IMG/VR virus record: IMGVR_UViG_3300031974_001192
Span: 1 to 37,026 of that record
From: a virus
Lineage: Duplodnaviria > Caudoviricetes
DNA length: 37,026 nucleotides
Reading direction: 5' to 3' (one strand)
The number at the start of each line of letters is the position of its first letter. Position 1 is the stretch's first letter. The notes under the pieces are model-generated. The model saw only the letters and a program-made list of their open reading frames with translations. It had not been told where the DNA came from and did no database searches. Position numbers and translations under genes: made by a program. Shown here piece after piece: positions 7,725 through 17,226 of this stretch.

Positions 7725-8209
7725 CAAAACTCTTCCTCGTCCTCGTACTCAGGAATTGTGACCTCCTTGAGAATGGGGTCGTTATTTGCCTGTGGCATCT
7801 TCTCCTTGATCCATCTCCTGCACGCATTGCGATATGTGGCAATCCAATCAGCCTGGGTATGTCCCTTACCTTTTGCCCAATCCACGAAGATGGAAACCGC
7901 TTTCTCATGATCGAGTCCTTCCTTCTCAGCAATATCTTTGGGAGGGGCAAAATTAGAGGGGATCTTTGATGCCCTCGTTTTTGATTTCTTTTTTCCACTA
8001 ACCGCGGATTTTTCGCTATATCTAATATTAAAACAATTGGAACAATTGTCGCGCACGCGCGAGGGATGCCGCAGATACTCCACCAGGAGTGGAGTAATGG
8101 TGGAAACTGCGGTAACTCCATAAAGATCACAATGCTCTTTCAAAAGATCACTTATCCATTGAGGAACCTTGATGCGCAGTTCTGTCTTTTTCTGTATTTC
8201 GTCTGTCAT
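7724..8209 (-). CDS. Putative replication initiator with N-terminal RHH-like domain (start revised to MTDEIQ)
   Basis: Directly upstream of dnaB; C-terminal FVDW...ADWIATYRNACRRW resembles phage replisome-organiser C-termini. Confidence 0.6.
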   Translation of the reverse strand: MTDEIQKKTELRIKVPQWISDLLKEHCDLYGVTAVSTITPLLVEYLRHPSRVRDNCSNCFNIRYSEKSAVSGKKKSKTRASKIPSNFAPPKDIAEKEGLDHEKAVSIFVDWAKGKGHTQADWIATYRNACRRWIKEKMPQANNDPILKEVTIPEYEDEEEF

Positions 8210-8334
8210 TATAATCCTAAAATTGTGCAAACAAGTCCTATGATAATTGTGAAAAATACGATCCCACATATGGCAAATAACATGCCTTGGGCGAGTAATT
8301 TGAGTGCTAATTTTATCCCATCCATGACACTCAT
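8209..8334 (-). CDS. Small membrane protein (MSVMDGIKLALKLLAQGMLFAICGIVFFTIIIGLVCTILGL)
   Basis: Not in ORF track; ATGA and TAATG coupling on both sides. Confidence 0.65.
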   Translation of the reverse strand: MSVMDGIKLALKLLAQGMLFAICGIVFFTIIIGLVCTILGL

Positions 8335-8789
8335 TTGTTTAACATATGATGCCTCAGAATTAGAATGGCATCTGCTGTTTTTAGTGTTAGTCCCTTAGTT
8401 GACGGAAAGAACTGCTTGGCGTGGTTCATGAGCGCTTTCTTACGCTTGTTTGAGGTTAGTCCACTTAGTCCACTTAATCCCTTTTGCCATTCCTGGGGAC
8501 GCACCAGGACAAACGGAATCTCCAATGCCCTGAGTACGCCTTCCAAGAATCCGCATGATTTACCAAGCTTAAAGCTAGTACTCGATGGAATCATCTTCCC
8601 CGCAAAGGGAGGAACATGCTCCACCACAGCCTCAATGCTTGTCACATCAGGATGATCTTTCAGGTCCTGCATATGTTCCACAAACTCGAAGTCTTCATCA
8701 AGGGTATGCAGAGCAATCTTGTGCTGTCCTCCCCATGCAATGGCGTATCCACCACTCTTGCCGGGATCTATGCCAATCGTAAGCTTCAT
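8331..8789 (-). CDS. RuvC-like Holliday junction resolvase
   Basis: IGIDPGKSGG, VVEHV, SFKLG, VRPQEWQK, ADAILI; GGAGGA RBS. Confidence 0.9.
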   Translation of the reverse strand: MKLTIGIDPGKSGGYAIAWGGQHKIALHTLDEDFEFVEHMQDLKDHPDVTSIEAVVEHVPPFAGKMIPSSTSFKLGKSCGFLEGVLRALEIPFVLVRPQEWQKGLSGLSGLTSNKRKKALMNHAKQFFPSTKGLTLKTADAILILRHHMLNK

Positions 8790-8995
8790 GCTTCCTCCTC
8801 CTCGTCTCCGCAATCTTCCTCGAAGTGCAGGATGAGATCAGGATCGCTCACATTATTAAGATCCTCTTTCCGCAAATGGGCGACCACTTGTTCGAGGGCC
8901 GCTTGCATAACCGTTACCGCACCGAATAGATCAGCTTTGGCTAATTTATCACTCGCTAAAGCTAGTGCCTGTTTTGTGTTGTCCAAGTAGTTCAT
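8786..8995 (-). CDS. Hypothetical protein
   Basis: Translationally coupled on both sides. Confidence 0.7.
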   Translation of the reverse strand: MNYLDNTKQALALASDKLAKADLFGAVTVMQAALEQVVAHLRKEDLNNVSDPDLILHFEEDCGDEEEEA

Positions 8996-9969
8996 GCCGC
9001 CTTTCCCTCCGAGTCGCGTCTCACCGCATTGGCAAAATCGGTAATGTCAATCGTCCGCCTATTGCCCACGGTGACGCTGTGTAGCTCATGCTCCTCGATA
9101 ATCCGGTAAACATAGGTACGACTGACCCCAAACTTATCCGCCAATTGCGAAATGTTTAGACGGTTATTCGTAATCTGCGAACCAAGATCCAAGGTTTCCA
9201 CCATGTCGCTATACCCAGGCCATATGCCACTTGATTGGCAGGCGGCCCACAATTGGCACGCTCTTTCCATGTTAGAGAATTGCTTGTTAATATCGCTCTC
9301 CTTGATGGTGTATGCCGCTGTAGCATACGGCGCTGTCTTCTCAACCGCAATGAATACGAACTGCTTGGGCTTTTCTCCGAGCAATCGCAAGGCGTGCATG
9401 TACCAACATGCCTGAAATAAGTACCCAAACTGACGCACACTCTTGGTGAATCCTCTATTGGATGCATCCTGTGTGCTTTTTAAATCAATCACCACACCCG
9501 CGCCGGGGACATACAAGTCAGGTCTTACCTTGCACTTGGCACCTTCCATCTCAAAGTATCCCGTGCCTTCCACTACCTTATTAATGTCCGCCATGTAGTG
9601 CCGAAGAACAGGATTATCCAATGCACTTCCCGCCATTTCGAGAATCAGATCGTAATCCGCAGGAGCGAGCCATTGCTTATCCGGTTCACTCTTTTGCATA
9701 AGTTCAAACGCTTCCTTGTAGTGCTTGGTTCTCGGACCCTGCCCGTCAATCTCACTTGGTTTGACCGCAAACTCATCATCCAATTTCTCAGGCTCAAGGG
9801 TGGCAGTATGAAATCCACTCCCTATCACCAGGGCAGGACTGCTTGGTTTTGGATGATTCATGTCATACCTCACCTTTGCGGGGCAGGTTTGTAAGAGACT
9901 CCACGCAGTCGAGCGAGATAACTCGCCCGACCCGTGGTACTCTGCGTTAGTGATACCATCCTTTAGCAT
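8992..9969 (-). CDS. RecE/exonuclease VIII-like PD-(D/E)XK nuclease (DUF3799 type) with C-terminal excisionase-like HTH
   Basis: NAEYH, LSRS, GSGFH..LEP, CKVRPD, IDLKST, GYLFQACWY, FIAVEKTAPY, WPGY, then LNISQLADKFGVSRTYVYRII. Confidence 0.88.
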   Translation of the reverse strand: MLKDGITNAEYHGSGELSRSTAWSLLQTCPAKVRYDMNHPKPSSPALVIGSGFHTATLEPEKLDDEFAVKPSEIDGQGPRTKHYKEAFELMQKSEPDKQWLAPADYDLILEMAGSALDNPVLRHYMADINKVVEGTGYFEMEGAKCKVRPDLYVPGAGVVIDLKSTQDASNRGFTKSVRQFGYLFQACWYMHALRLLGEKPKQFVFIAVEKTAPYATAAYTIKESDINKQFSNMERACQLWAACQSSGIWPGYSDMVETLDLGSQITNNRLNISQLADKFGVSRTYVYRIIEEHELHSVTVGNRRTIDITDFANAVRRDSEGKAA

Positions 9970-10259
9970 GACAATCCTTTCAGTTGAGGATACTCGCCTT
10001 CGATGCCTTCAAGCATTGCACGAATCTCATGGTCGCACTCACGCCATTGCTTAACCTTCTTCACCGCATGTGTCACATTGGTGTGGACTCGGTCAAACTT
10101 CTCAGCCACTTCCTCCTGGGTATTGCCCAACAGATACGAGTAGAACATCGCAATCTGACGAGCTAACGCCACATTCTTAAAACGATTACGGGAGTTGATC
10201 TCATCCACCGTGGTCCCCATGAAATCAGCCACTATCTTTTTTATGTCGCCAATCGCCAT
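9963..10259 (-). CDS. Stand-alone DnaA C-terminal (domain IV) HTH protein
   Basis: IKKIVADF...SRNR...VALARQIAMF...KFDRVHTNVTHAVKKV matches the DnaA domain IV pattern (ARQIAMYL...FGGRDHTTVLHA). Confidence 0.85.
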   Translation of the reverse strand: MAIGDIKKIVADFMGTTVDEINSRNRFKNVALARQIAMFYSYLLGNTQEEVAEKFDRVHTNVTHAVKKVKQWRECDHEIRAMLEGIEGEYPQLKGLSC

Positions 10260-10819
10260 CAGAATGGATCCTCCTCTTTTGCCTTATCTTCAGGAGTAGG
10301 CTCCGCAAATGGATCATCCCCGGTGAACAAAGCTTCGAGGTTTATCTTCATCGCCTTTACCGCCGCATTGATCTCATCGCTACGCTTCTTATGCGGGGAT
10401 GGGGTCATCGCATAGGATGTTTCCAAACCTTCACCATTGCGGACAATCTTCAAGTCATACTTGCGTGGATCTCCCCAATCCTCATCCTTCGCAAGCGTGA
10501 TTAACTCCTGGCGTAATTTCGCCTGAGTCAACTCTAGTATCTGAATACGCTCCTCGTCATAGTTATATACGAGCATCGCTAAGAACTGCTTTGGCTTTTC
10601 CTCAAAACTCATCGGAGCATCCTCGCCAATCTTCCAACGATGTGGTCTTCTTCCACCATCAGCGGAGTTCGCCCAACCTAGCATACCCTGAATTACTCCA
10701 CCATCATCGGAAGATCCAACTATGCGAAACTGATTCGCACCTTGCGTTAATTTCATATAATTACCGCCTCCGCTCGAAGAGCTTTGCGGAACATCTTGTA
10801 TGTTATCTAAGAATCCCAT
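10259..10819 (-). CDS. ssDNA-binding / annealing protein
   Basis: NYMKL.QG..FRIV, DWGDPRKYDLKIVRNGEGLETSY; acidic EEDPF tail; upstream of exonuclease. Confidence 0.7.
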   Translation of the reverse strand: MGFLDNIQDVPQSSSSGGGNYMKLTQGANQFRIVGSSDDGGVIQGMLGWANSADGGRRPHRWKIGEDAPMSFEEKPKQFLAMLVYNYDEERIQILELTQAKLRQELITLAKDEDWGDPRKYDLKIVRNGEGLETSYAMTPSPHKKRSDEINAAVKAMKINLEALFTGDDPFAEPTPEDKAKEEDPF

Positions 10820-10887
10820 TATTATTTTTATATTATTTGTTATTTTTTTGTTGTATTTGCGTGTAGTTATCTGTTTTTATTGTCCAC

Positions 10888-11094
10888 ATGGGACGACAAA
10901 TACTCACAAAGCCTGTATCTCTGAGGCTTTCACCTTCAGTCAGAGACAAAGTTAAAGCAGTTAGTGATAGCACCGGGCTTATGCAGGCCCAGGTATTTGA
11001 TCTATTACTTCAGGCCGCCTGTAAGGCGCTTGATGAAGGGGCAGAAGAACATTCTCTCCCGCTACCTCTCCACCTGAAGATGGTAAAAAAGTAA
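10888..11094 (+). CDS. Ribbon-helix-helix (Arc/CopG-like) regulator, candidate repressor
   Basis: KPVSLRLSPSVRDKVKAVSDSTGLMQAQVFDLLL beta-alpha-alpha pattern; divergent from the replication operon, near int. Confidence 0.7.
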   Translation: MGRQILTKPVSLRLSPSVRDKVKAVSDSTGLMQAQVFDLLLQAACKALDEGAEEHSLPLPLHLKMVKK

Positions 11095-11221
11095 GTAGTT
11101 CTTTAATCAGAACATCTATGCCCACCTTTGTGGGCGTTTCTGCTGTTATCGTAATTTCGTTCCCGCCTTCATGCTCCAAGCGAAGACCGTCCATTACCGA
11201 TGTGGTATGTATTGTAGTCAT
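10979..11221 (-). CDS. Hypothetical protein convergently overlapping the RHH gene
   Basis: Fills the gap downstream of int; the 3' 116 nt overlap the RHH gene antisense. Confidence 0.4.
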   Translation of the reverse strand: MTTIHTTSVMDGLRLEHEGGNEITITAETPTKVGIDVLIKELLTFLPSSGGEVAGENVLLPLHQAPYRRPEVIDQIPGPA

Positions 11222-11285
11222 CTGTAGTTATTTTTCCTGTGGTTTTATAACGCATTGTTTCTTGGGCAAGAAATTTTAAGTCCTA

Positions 11286-12242
11286 CTAAAAGCTCCGTTG
11301 GATCGTAGGCATTCCAACATACACACGGGAAGTAATTTCCACGCTTGAGTGACCGAGCGCTTTACTCGCCACAAAAGCATTATTCCCATTATTCCTCATC
11401 ACCCGGTGACCGCAGTATTTCCGCAGACGGTGTACGGGGCGATCATCCACCACCCCGCACCTCCGCCTCAGAAAAGATGGAAACTCGCGCGTGATGCGGT
11501 CCTCCTGACACTTAACGATTAAAGCATCGTTCGATGTTTTATAGGAGTTGATAAGTTCCCACCACGATGGATCGCAGGGACGATCCTGGTATTCACCACC
11601 GCTTTTGGGACTATGTATCCTTATCAGTTTGTTTCCATCGAAGTCTTCGTGCAGATCATCAAACCTTGCCCGTTGGATTTCACTACTCCGAAGACCTAAT
11701 CCGTACGCTAATGCGTACATCAAATACATGTGAGGGTCAGACTCCTTCAGCGCTTCGCACGCCTCTCGGATCTTGTCCAACTCCTTACGGTTCGCATCAA
11801 ATGGCGTGACCTGCACGCCCTCCAAACTCAACGCGATCCAATTATTGAACCATTTAGTATTAATATCTAACTGCTTATACCTCTTGATCCACGCCTTACT
11901 GAAAATACTTCTCGCCTGACGCATCTCGTTACTCCCGCGACGAGCTACCCAATCATCGCAGATCGGAATCCCCGCTCCCGTTACACTAGCAAATGCGGAT
12001 ATGTCTGAATCCGCAGGATCGATTCCGTAATGCTTTAGGATCTGCTCCATGCGCAGAACATTGTTGCGCTTGGTGCGCTCATTCGCTTGTCGCTTTGCGA
12101 CTAGCGTTTGCGTTATGTAAGTCTGAAAGAGTTCCGAAATGGGCAATTGTTTCCGTACACCTTCAAAGCGAATAAATCCGGTTTGAGATATCATAGGGGT
12201 GCCGGATTGTGCAAAATCTTCGGATTCTTGTAAAGTATACAT
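11286..12242 (-). CDS. int: Tyrosine integrase
   Basis: GLRSSE (R), PKS (K), HRLRK (HxxR), LGH, TSRVY (Y); adjacent to the tRNA-derived attP. Confidence 0.93.
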   Translation of the reverse strand: MYTLQESEDFAQSGTPMISQTGFIRFEGVRKQLPISELFQTYITQTLVAKRQANERTKRNNVLRMEQILKHYGIDPADSDISAFASVTGAGIPICDDWVARRGSNEMRQARSIFSKAWIKRYKQLDINTKWFNNWIALSLEGVQVTPFDANRKELDKIREACEALKESDPHMYLMYALAYGLGLRSSEIQRARFDDLHEDFDGNKLIRIHSPKSGGEYQDRPCDPSWWELINSYKTSNDALIVKCQEDRITREFPSFLRRRCGVVDDRPVHRLRKYCGHRVMRNNGNNAFVASKALGHSSVEITSRVYVGMPTIQRSF

Positions 12243-12270
12243 GGCGTGATTTTTTTTAATATATGGTTAT

Positions 12271-12288
12271 TGCGTATTAAGTTACGCA
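12271..12288. promoter_or_regulatory. Palindrome TGCGTA-N6-TACGCA upstream of int
   Basis: Direct reading; between attP and the int start. Confidence 0.35.
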
Positions 12289-12306
12289 TTCACGACCAAT
12301 GCTACT

Positions 12307-12352
<46 letters not shown>

Positions 12353-12455
12353 AAGTTGACAGAAAAGTTTATGTCACATGCTCCTAATCACATGAAGCGT
12401 TGGAGCAGTAAAAACAATAGATTAATTTGATGTCAACATCTTTTCTGATTTTTTT

Positions 12456-12490
12456 AAAAAAAAGAACCGCCTCGGTTAAAAGACGGTCCT
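12456..12490 (-). terminator. Rho-independent terminator ending the virion operon
   Basis: Minus strand GGACCGTCT-loop-AGGCGGTTC followed by a T8 run. Confidence 0.8.
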
Positions 12491-12534
12491 AATATAGAAA
12501 GAAAAGGTACTATGATATACCTTGTGCTAAGACG

Positions 12535-15500
12535 CTACTTGCTGTCTTGGATTTTGTCAAGCCCTCCGAGATATTTCCAATATACCATATCGAGCGGAGT
12601 CCCCTGGAGCATTGCTCCCTTATACTCCCCATCGCCCACTATAGCGCTGATATCCTGCCATCCTCTGTCGAAGATTGCGGTAGGTGGTAAGAGCATTTCA
12701 AGAGTGGCTTTTGCAGGCCCCTCGCGTCTTGCTTTGTTTACGATGTAACGGTTGATACCCGCTAGTCTCCAAAGATTATCCTCGAATAACTCTTCACGCT
12801 TTATGGGTCTGCCGTAAAGCGTATCCTTAATCATATCGGTACTCGCATTGGCGGCTCCAAATACTAAACCAAGTCCCATGATTTTAGATATTGCTTCAGC
12901 GGCGGCTTTTGCGGCTCCCCTTGTGTTGCCTTTTTTCATCAACTCGTTTGCTCGATCAATGTCCTTTTGTGCGGCTTCCCGGAATACATCAAATTGTTTT
13001 ACGGTAAAACTTTTAAGCATGTACATGATACGGGCATTACCGCTTTGATTGTAGAACTTAGGCATCTCTCCAAGTGTGGCAGGATTTAGGTCCAAAAACT
13101 TGTACCAAATTAATTCTTCAACGCCCTTGGGTAGCTCGCCTGATGCGGGATTACTCTCACGCAACTCCTTTACCATCCGCCCTGCTCTCTCTTTTCCAAA
13201 CACGGGAGTAAGATCATCCTGCAATGCCTGCGAGTTCTTCATTGCCTGGGCTTTGTACTTTTTCCATGAGGCGTTCATGGTGGTATTCTTTGCAAGCTGA
13301 TCTAATTTCTTTAGTCCGGTGACCGTAAACACTTTATCCAACGCACTTGATAATCCACCTGTGCTTGTTGCGGCATCAATATTATGATCCTTTAAATTAA
13401 AGTATTTTACGAAATCAAAGTTCTCCTTCTGATTGAACAAAGACTTAAAGGTATTATCAAACCCGTTGAAATAAATACTGTACGCCAGGTCGCCAAGCTG
13501 AGTGATTGCGGAACCAAAGTTACCCATTACTTGGATGTAGTTTAAATTCTTCACTCCTTGAATAAATGGATCAACGGTCCTACCGCTAAAGCGAGCCTGT
13601 ATAATCTCCTTTAATTTCTCTACATCTTCGGAACTTAAATCATTTCTATCCTTGAGAAGTCTTTGCGCTACTTGTCCGGCAAGCGTGTCATCCACTTCCA
13701 TATCCATGCCGAGATCCGCACCCTGTCTATCCTTGCTACCCTCAAATCCTACCTCTTCGCCTTTGGCGTTGGGATTACGGTAAAGGAATTTGCGTCTCTC
13801 TACTGCCTGCACGGTACGCTCGACATAATTCTTTAACGCATCTGCGGGATCTGCGTATCCATCAATCATTCGCTCATCCCTGATAAATCCAATCTTACGC
13901 TCTTTGAGGTTACCGGGCAATGATGCTCCAGGTTGTACGGGGAATCCACGCAATGTTCTGCTTGTTATTTCTGCGGCAACTCCTTCAGGTATAGATTCTA
14001 CACTATCTAAACCTTCTTTCTGTGCGTATTCCTCTAGTGCTTTTGTGACAGCATTTGAATCGTCTCCTGCTAGTGCTGACCTGAAAGATTTATAGTCCTT
14101 GATAAGGCGTGGGAAGTAACCTTCTTGGTATCCTACATCGATACCACCCTCCTGCCTGGCGTAATTACGGATATCGTTAAATGCTTTTTGCATTTCCGTA
14201 AACTCCTTCCCCACTTGATCGGATACTTTTAGGTCATCAAGCATGACTCGGATCTTAGCCATGTCTCCATTCAGGAGATGCAGTTTAAACTCTCTTTGTT
14301 TTTTCTCATTACCCTTGAGACGCTTTGTCATTGAGGTAATGAAAGGTGCGGTACGATCTAAGTATTCGCGAGTCGTTTTATTTATTGTACCCTCATGCTG
14401 TCTAAATATAGCGTTTATTTGAGGACTTATATTTTTAAGCTTACGGGAAAGAGGAACTAATGCATCGCTTACAAACTCCTTTGCATACCTCATTGCCTGA
14501 CTTGCACGACTTGGCGGTATAAACGGATTATCCGCAGTCCCCTCGTTTATCTTCTCAGCTTTTATGCTATCAGGTGCAGTTTTTACCGGGTCTGCTTTTA
14601 CCTGGGCTTGCGTCTTCTTGTAGGTAGGAGTCTTTTTGAATTTACGAAATGCTTTGGGACCGAATCCTGCGGCGGCTAAGACTGCAAACATTAGTGGATG
14701 AAATCCTGCCTGTTTCATCTCATTCTCTTCATCCTCAGTAAACATAGATGCAACCCCAACCGCACCTGTCCCTGCGGTAAATGCTGTTGAAAAATACTTT
14801 TCGTAACCTTTCCCTAGAAACTCCTCTGCCATCCTATCCTCTTTAGTCATGGGATCGGCTTGCTTCATCGGGCGGTCACGCATACCAACAGCAGGCTCAG
14901 TTGGACTCATTTGCGCTCTACGCATATCATCCTGAAGATCCAAGAGGTTCATACCGTTACGCTTGTAGATTCTCCTTAAGTCTGCGTTTAAACGAGCGCG
15001 TTCTTTCTTTGATCCCTTTTTCTTACCTGGCCTGTGATCGAGTATAGACAATCGCTCTTTTATTCGAGCAATCTCATCTGTGTCTCCTAGTCGCTGTATA
15101 CCAAGCTCGGTTTGCTTCTGCGCGCCTATTTCGTTTTGGCGAAGGATAGGTTTAAATATTTCATTTTGCTGTGCGATTTCGTCATCAAGCGTCTTTTGTA
15201 TATTTGCCATCTGACTTACCGCATCTTCCATCACAGGCTCACCACCCAAGATTCCCTGCCTACCGCTTGGAGTGGAAAAGGATGACTGAGAGAATGACTC
15301 TAATGCACCACGCTCCATCGTAGGCGTGTCAAATGATTTAGTCCCCTCCTCAAGTGGTGGTCTTTTGGCTAAGTTGCCTAGAGCGGTATCCACCTCATCT
15401 AAAAGTTTTACTTCAGTAGCTAGTAATAATTTATCAGCTACTTCTTCAGGATCTTTAATATTTGATAATCCTTCGGTATCTATTTTCTCAAGAATTGGAC

Positions 15501-16134
15501 TACCAACTTTTGCGTTATTAACTCCGTTTGCATCTTTGATATCTTTACCGATTGCTTTAACCGCATCTGTGCGGGTCATGCCTTCGCTGACCTCTGTGCC
15601 TATATTGTCGCTCATCCACTTCGCTTCTGCGGCACCAAGCGTACCACCGAATACGCCACCAAATAAAAGCGTGGTTGCAATCTCATCGCGCGTTGGTGCG
15701 CGGTCCTCGTCAATCATAGTACGAGCAGTAAGTTCTGCTGTGGCTAACCCTGCACCTTGGCCTGCACGAATTGCTGTTTTGCCCGCTGTTCCTACATTAG
15801 CAAACTTACCAACAGGTACAGCACCTAATGCAGTTGCGGCACCAAGCTCACCAAGCCCAACCTTATCCTGTAATCCGCGTGCAATTCGATACTTTTGTGA
15901 AAAGTAATTTCCTGCCGCAGAACCTCCTATAGCACCTTTTGGGCCGAGCGTAATACCTCCTAGTATGGCGGGAATAACCTCAAGTCCTATACTAATCGCA
16001 CTTTCCCCAAAAGTTGCAGGCGATTCGCGATATAATTCCTGTGGATCGCTTCCAAAATTGTATTCCTTATTTGGGTCAAGTACAGCAATCTCTTCTTGCT
16101 GTCCAAATATGTATTCCCTAGTAGGATCGAGCAT
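12535..16134 (-). CDS. Large internal virion (DNA ejection) protein
   Basis: 1199 aa; last gene of the virion operon; Gly/Ala-rich hydrophobic N-region; helical body with a GYFPR motif. Confidence 0.65.
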   Translation of the reverse strand: MLDPTREYIFGQQEEIAVLDPNKEYNFGSDPQELYRESPATFGESAISIGLEVIPAILGGITLGPKGAIGGSAAGNYFSQKYRIARGLQDKVGLGELGAATALGAVPVGKFANVGTAGKTAIRAGQGAGLATAELTARTMIDEDRAPTRDEIATTLLFGGVFGGTLGAAEAKWMSDNIGTEVSEGMTRTDAVKAIGKDIKDANGVNNAKVGSPILEKIDTEGLSNIKDPEEVADKLLLATEVKLLDEVDTALGNLAKRPPLEEGTKSFDTPTMERGALESFSQSSFSTPSGRQGILGGEPVMEDAVSQMANIQKTLDDEIAQQNEIFKPILRQNEIGAQKQTELGIQRLGDTDEIARIKERLSILDHRPGKKKGSKKERARLNADLRRIYKRNGMNLLDLQDDMRRAQMSPTEPAVGMRDRPMKQADPMTKEDRMAEEFLGKGYEKYFSTAFTAGTGAVGVASMFTEDEENEMKQAGFHPLMFAVLAAAGFGPKAFRKFKKTPTYKKTQAQVKADPVKTAPDSIKAEKINEGTADNPFIPPSRASQAMRYAKEFVSDALVPLSRKLKNISPQINAIFRQHEGTINKTTREYLDRTAPFITSMTKRLKGNEKKQREFKLHLLNGDMAKIRVMLDDLKVSDQVGKEFTEMQKAFNDIRNYARQEGGIDVGYQEGYFPRLIKDYKSFRSALAGDDSNAVTKALEEYAQKEGLDSVESIPEGVAAEITSRTLRGFPVQPGASLPGNLKERKIGFIRDERMIDGYADPADALKNYVERTVQAVERRKFLYRNPNAKGEEVGFEGSKDRQGADLGMDMEVDDTLAGQVAQRLLKDRNDLSSEDVEKLKEIIQARFSGRTVDPFIQGVKNLNYIQVMGNFGSAITQLGDLAYSIYFNGFDNTFKSLFNQKENFDFVKYFNLKDHNIDAATSTGGLSSALDKVFTVTGLKKLDQLAKNTTMNASWKKYKAQAMKNSQALQDDLTPVFGKERAGRMVKELRESNPASGELPKGVEELIWYKFLDLNPATLGEMPKFYNQSGNARIMYMLKSFTVKQFDVFREAAQKDIDRANELMKKGNTRGAAKAAAEAISKIMGLGLVFGAANASTDMIKDTLYGRPIKREELFEDNLWRLAGINRYIVNKARREGPAKATLEMLLPPTAIFDRGWQDISAIVGDGEYKGAMLQGTPLDMVYWKYLGGLDKIQDSK

Positions 16135-16135
16135 T

Positions 16136-17224
16136 CTAATTCCTTACACCTTGGAGTTGTGAGCGTACATTTATCTGATTAGCTTGTTGTAAAGCTTGCT
16201 CCTCTTCTTCCTTTTTCTTTCTCCTCGCTTCATCATATTCTATTTTTTGACGCAAAGTTATTAAAATAGATTCGCCTGTTTCGGGATCAAAAGCAGGAAT
16301 TTTCACATCAAACATTCCCTCTGTTTGCTCCTGTACTAATCGGTCCTTACTTGCTTGTAATGCCTTAATCCTATCACTTGTTACAGGTGCATAGTTGTCA
16401 GGATTCTCATTAAACTCTTTGAAAGTTATTTCTTTTTCTTCACCACCAAATAAACCTGATGTTTTAACTTTTATCCTACTATCATCGATCTTGTTTAGTT
16501 GAGTGGCAATGTCTGAAAACCTTTTTTCTAAGTCAGCGGGTGCATTACCTTGTATACCCACTGCATCCATTAAGGCTTTACCTGAAAAAATATTCCTTGA
16601 TCTAATTTGACTACGAAGATTCTCCATCTCTAAAGGAAAAGACTCTTCGCTCTGTTTAGTCCTCTGTATAGTAGCGTCAGTACTTGCACCTCTTGCCGCA
16701 AGCGTAGAGGTTTGCTGATCCGGTGCATAGTCCGCTTGAACTTGTGCCGTTGTTGCATCAGCTATTGCTTTTTTTACCCTAGGATCAGCAAGTTTCTCTT
16801 CAACCCTTGCTTGTACTTTAAGCATTTCTTGTTGTGTTCTAGCATTATCGAGTTTTAATTTTTCAATTATTGCTTCTTTGTCTGCCGCACGAAAAGCATT
16901 ATACTTATCAAAATCGGCTTGAGTTCCTTTACCTTCTTGTATCCTTTTTAGGGCTTTACCTATTACAGGATCGGATTGCATTGATACAAACTTCTGAGGA
17001 CTATCTTTCATTAGTCTGCCTGCATCAGCTTGAAAGGCGGCTTCTGCTTTATCCCGCTTCTCCTTATTAAGACCGTACTGCTGAATCATGCCTCCTATCT
17101 GTTGGCCCATGTTTGCGTACATTTGCCCTTGCGTGGCCCCTGCCCTTGCGATGAGGTTGGCGGCATTGGCGGTTGAGCCGAGCGCGGATCCGTAGTTACC
17201 TGAAAAGTATGGTCGTCTTGCCAT
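16136..17224 (-). CDS. Internal virion/ejection protein
   Basis: G/A/Q-rich N-terminus and coiled coil; lies between two ejection-type genes. Confidence 0.6.
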   Translation of the reverse strand: MARRPYFSGNYGSALGSTANAANLIARAGATQGQMYANMGQQIGGMIQQYGLNKEKRDKAEAAFQADAGRLMKDSPQKFVSMQSDPVIGKALKRIQEGKGTQADFDKYNAFRAADKEAIIEKLKLDNARTQQEMLKVQARVEEKLADPRVKKAIADATTAQVQADYAPDQQTSTLAARGASTDATIQRTKQSEESFPLEMENLRSQIRSRNIFSGKALMDAVGIQGNAPADLEKRFSDIATQLNKIDDSRIKVKTSGLFGGEEKEITFKEFNENPDNYAPVTSDRIKALQASKDRLVQEQTEGMFDVKIPAFDPETGESILITLRQKIEYDEARRKKKEEEEQALQQANQINVRSQLQGVRN

Positions 17225-17226
17225 GA

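Noticed and set aside
7424-8130. ORFs 7424-7969(+) and 7672-8130(-)
   Set aside because: Overlap dnaB and the initiator gene with no recognisable motifs, unlike the MTase alternative frame.
12512-12748. Plus-strand 78-aa ORF with an early-gene-like AGAAAG...ACTATG leader
   Set aside because: Almost entirely antisense to the 1199-aa virion gene and the product is featureless; the leader similarity may be chance.
15326-15907. 193-aa antisense ORF
   Set aside because: Typical stop-free shadow of a Gly/Ala-rich coding strand.
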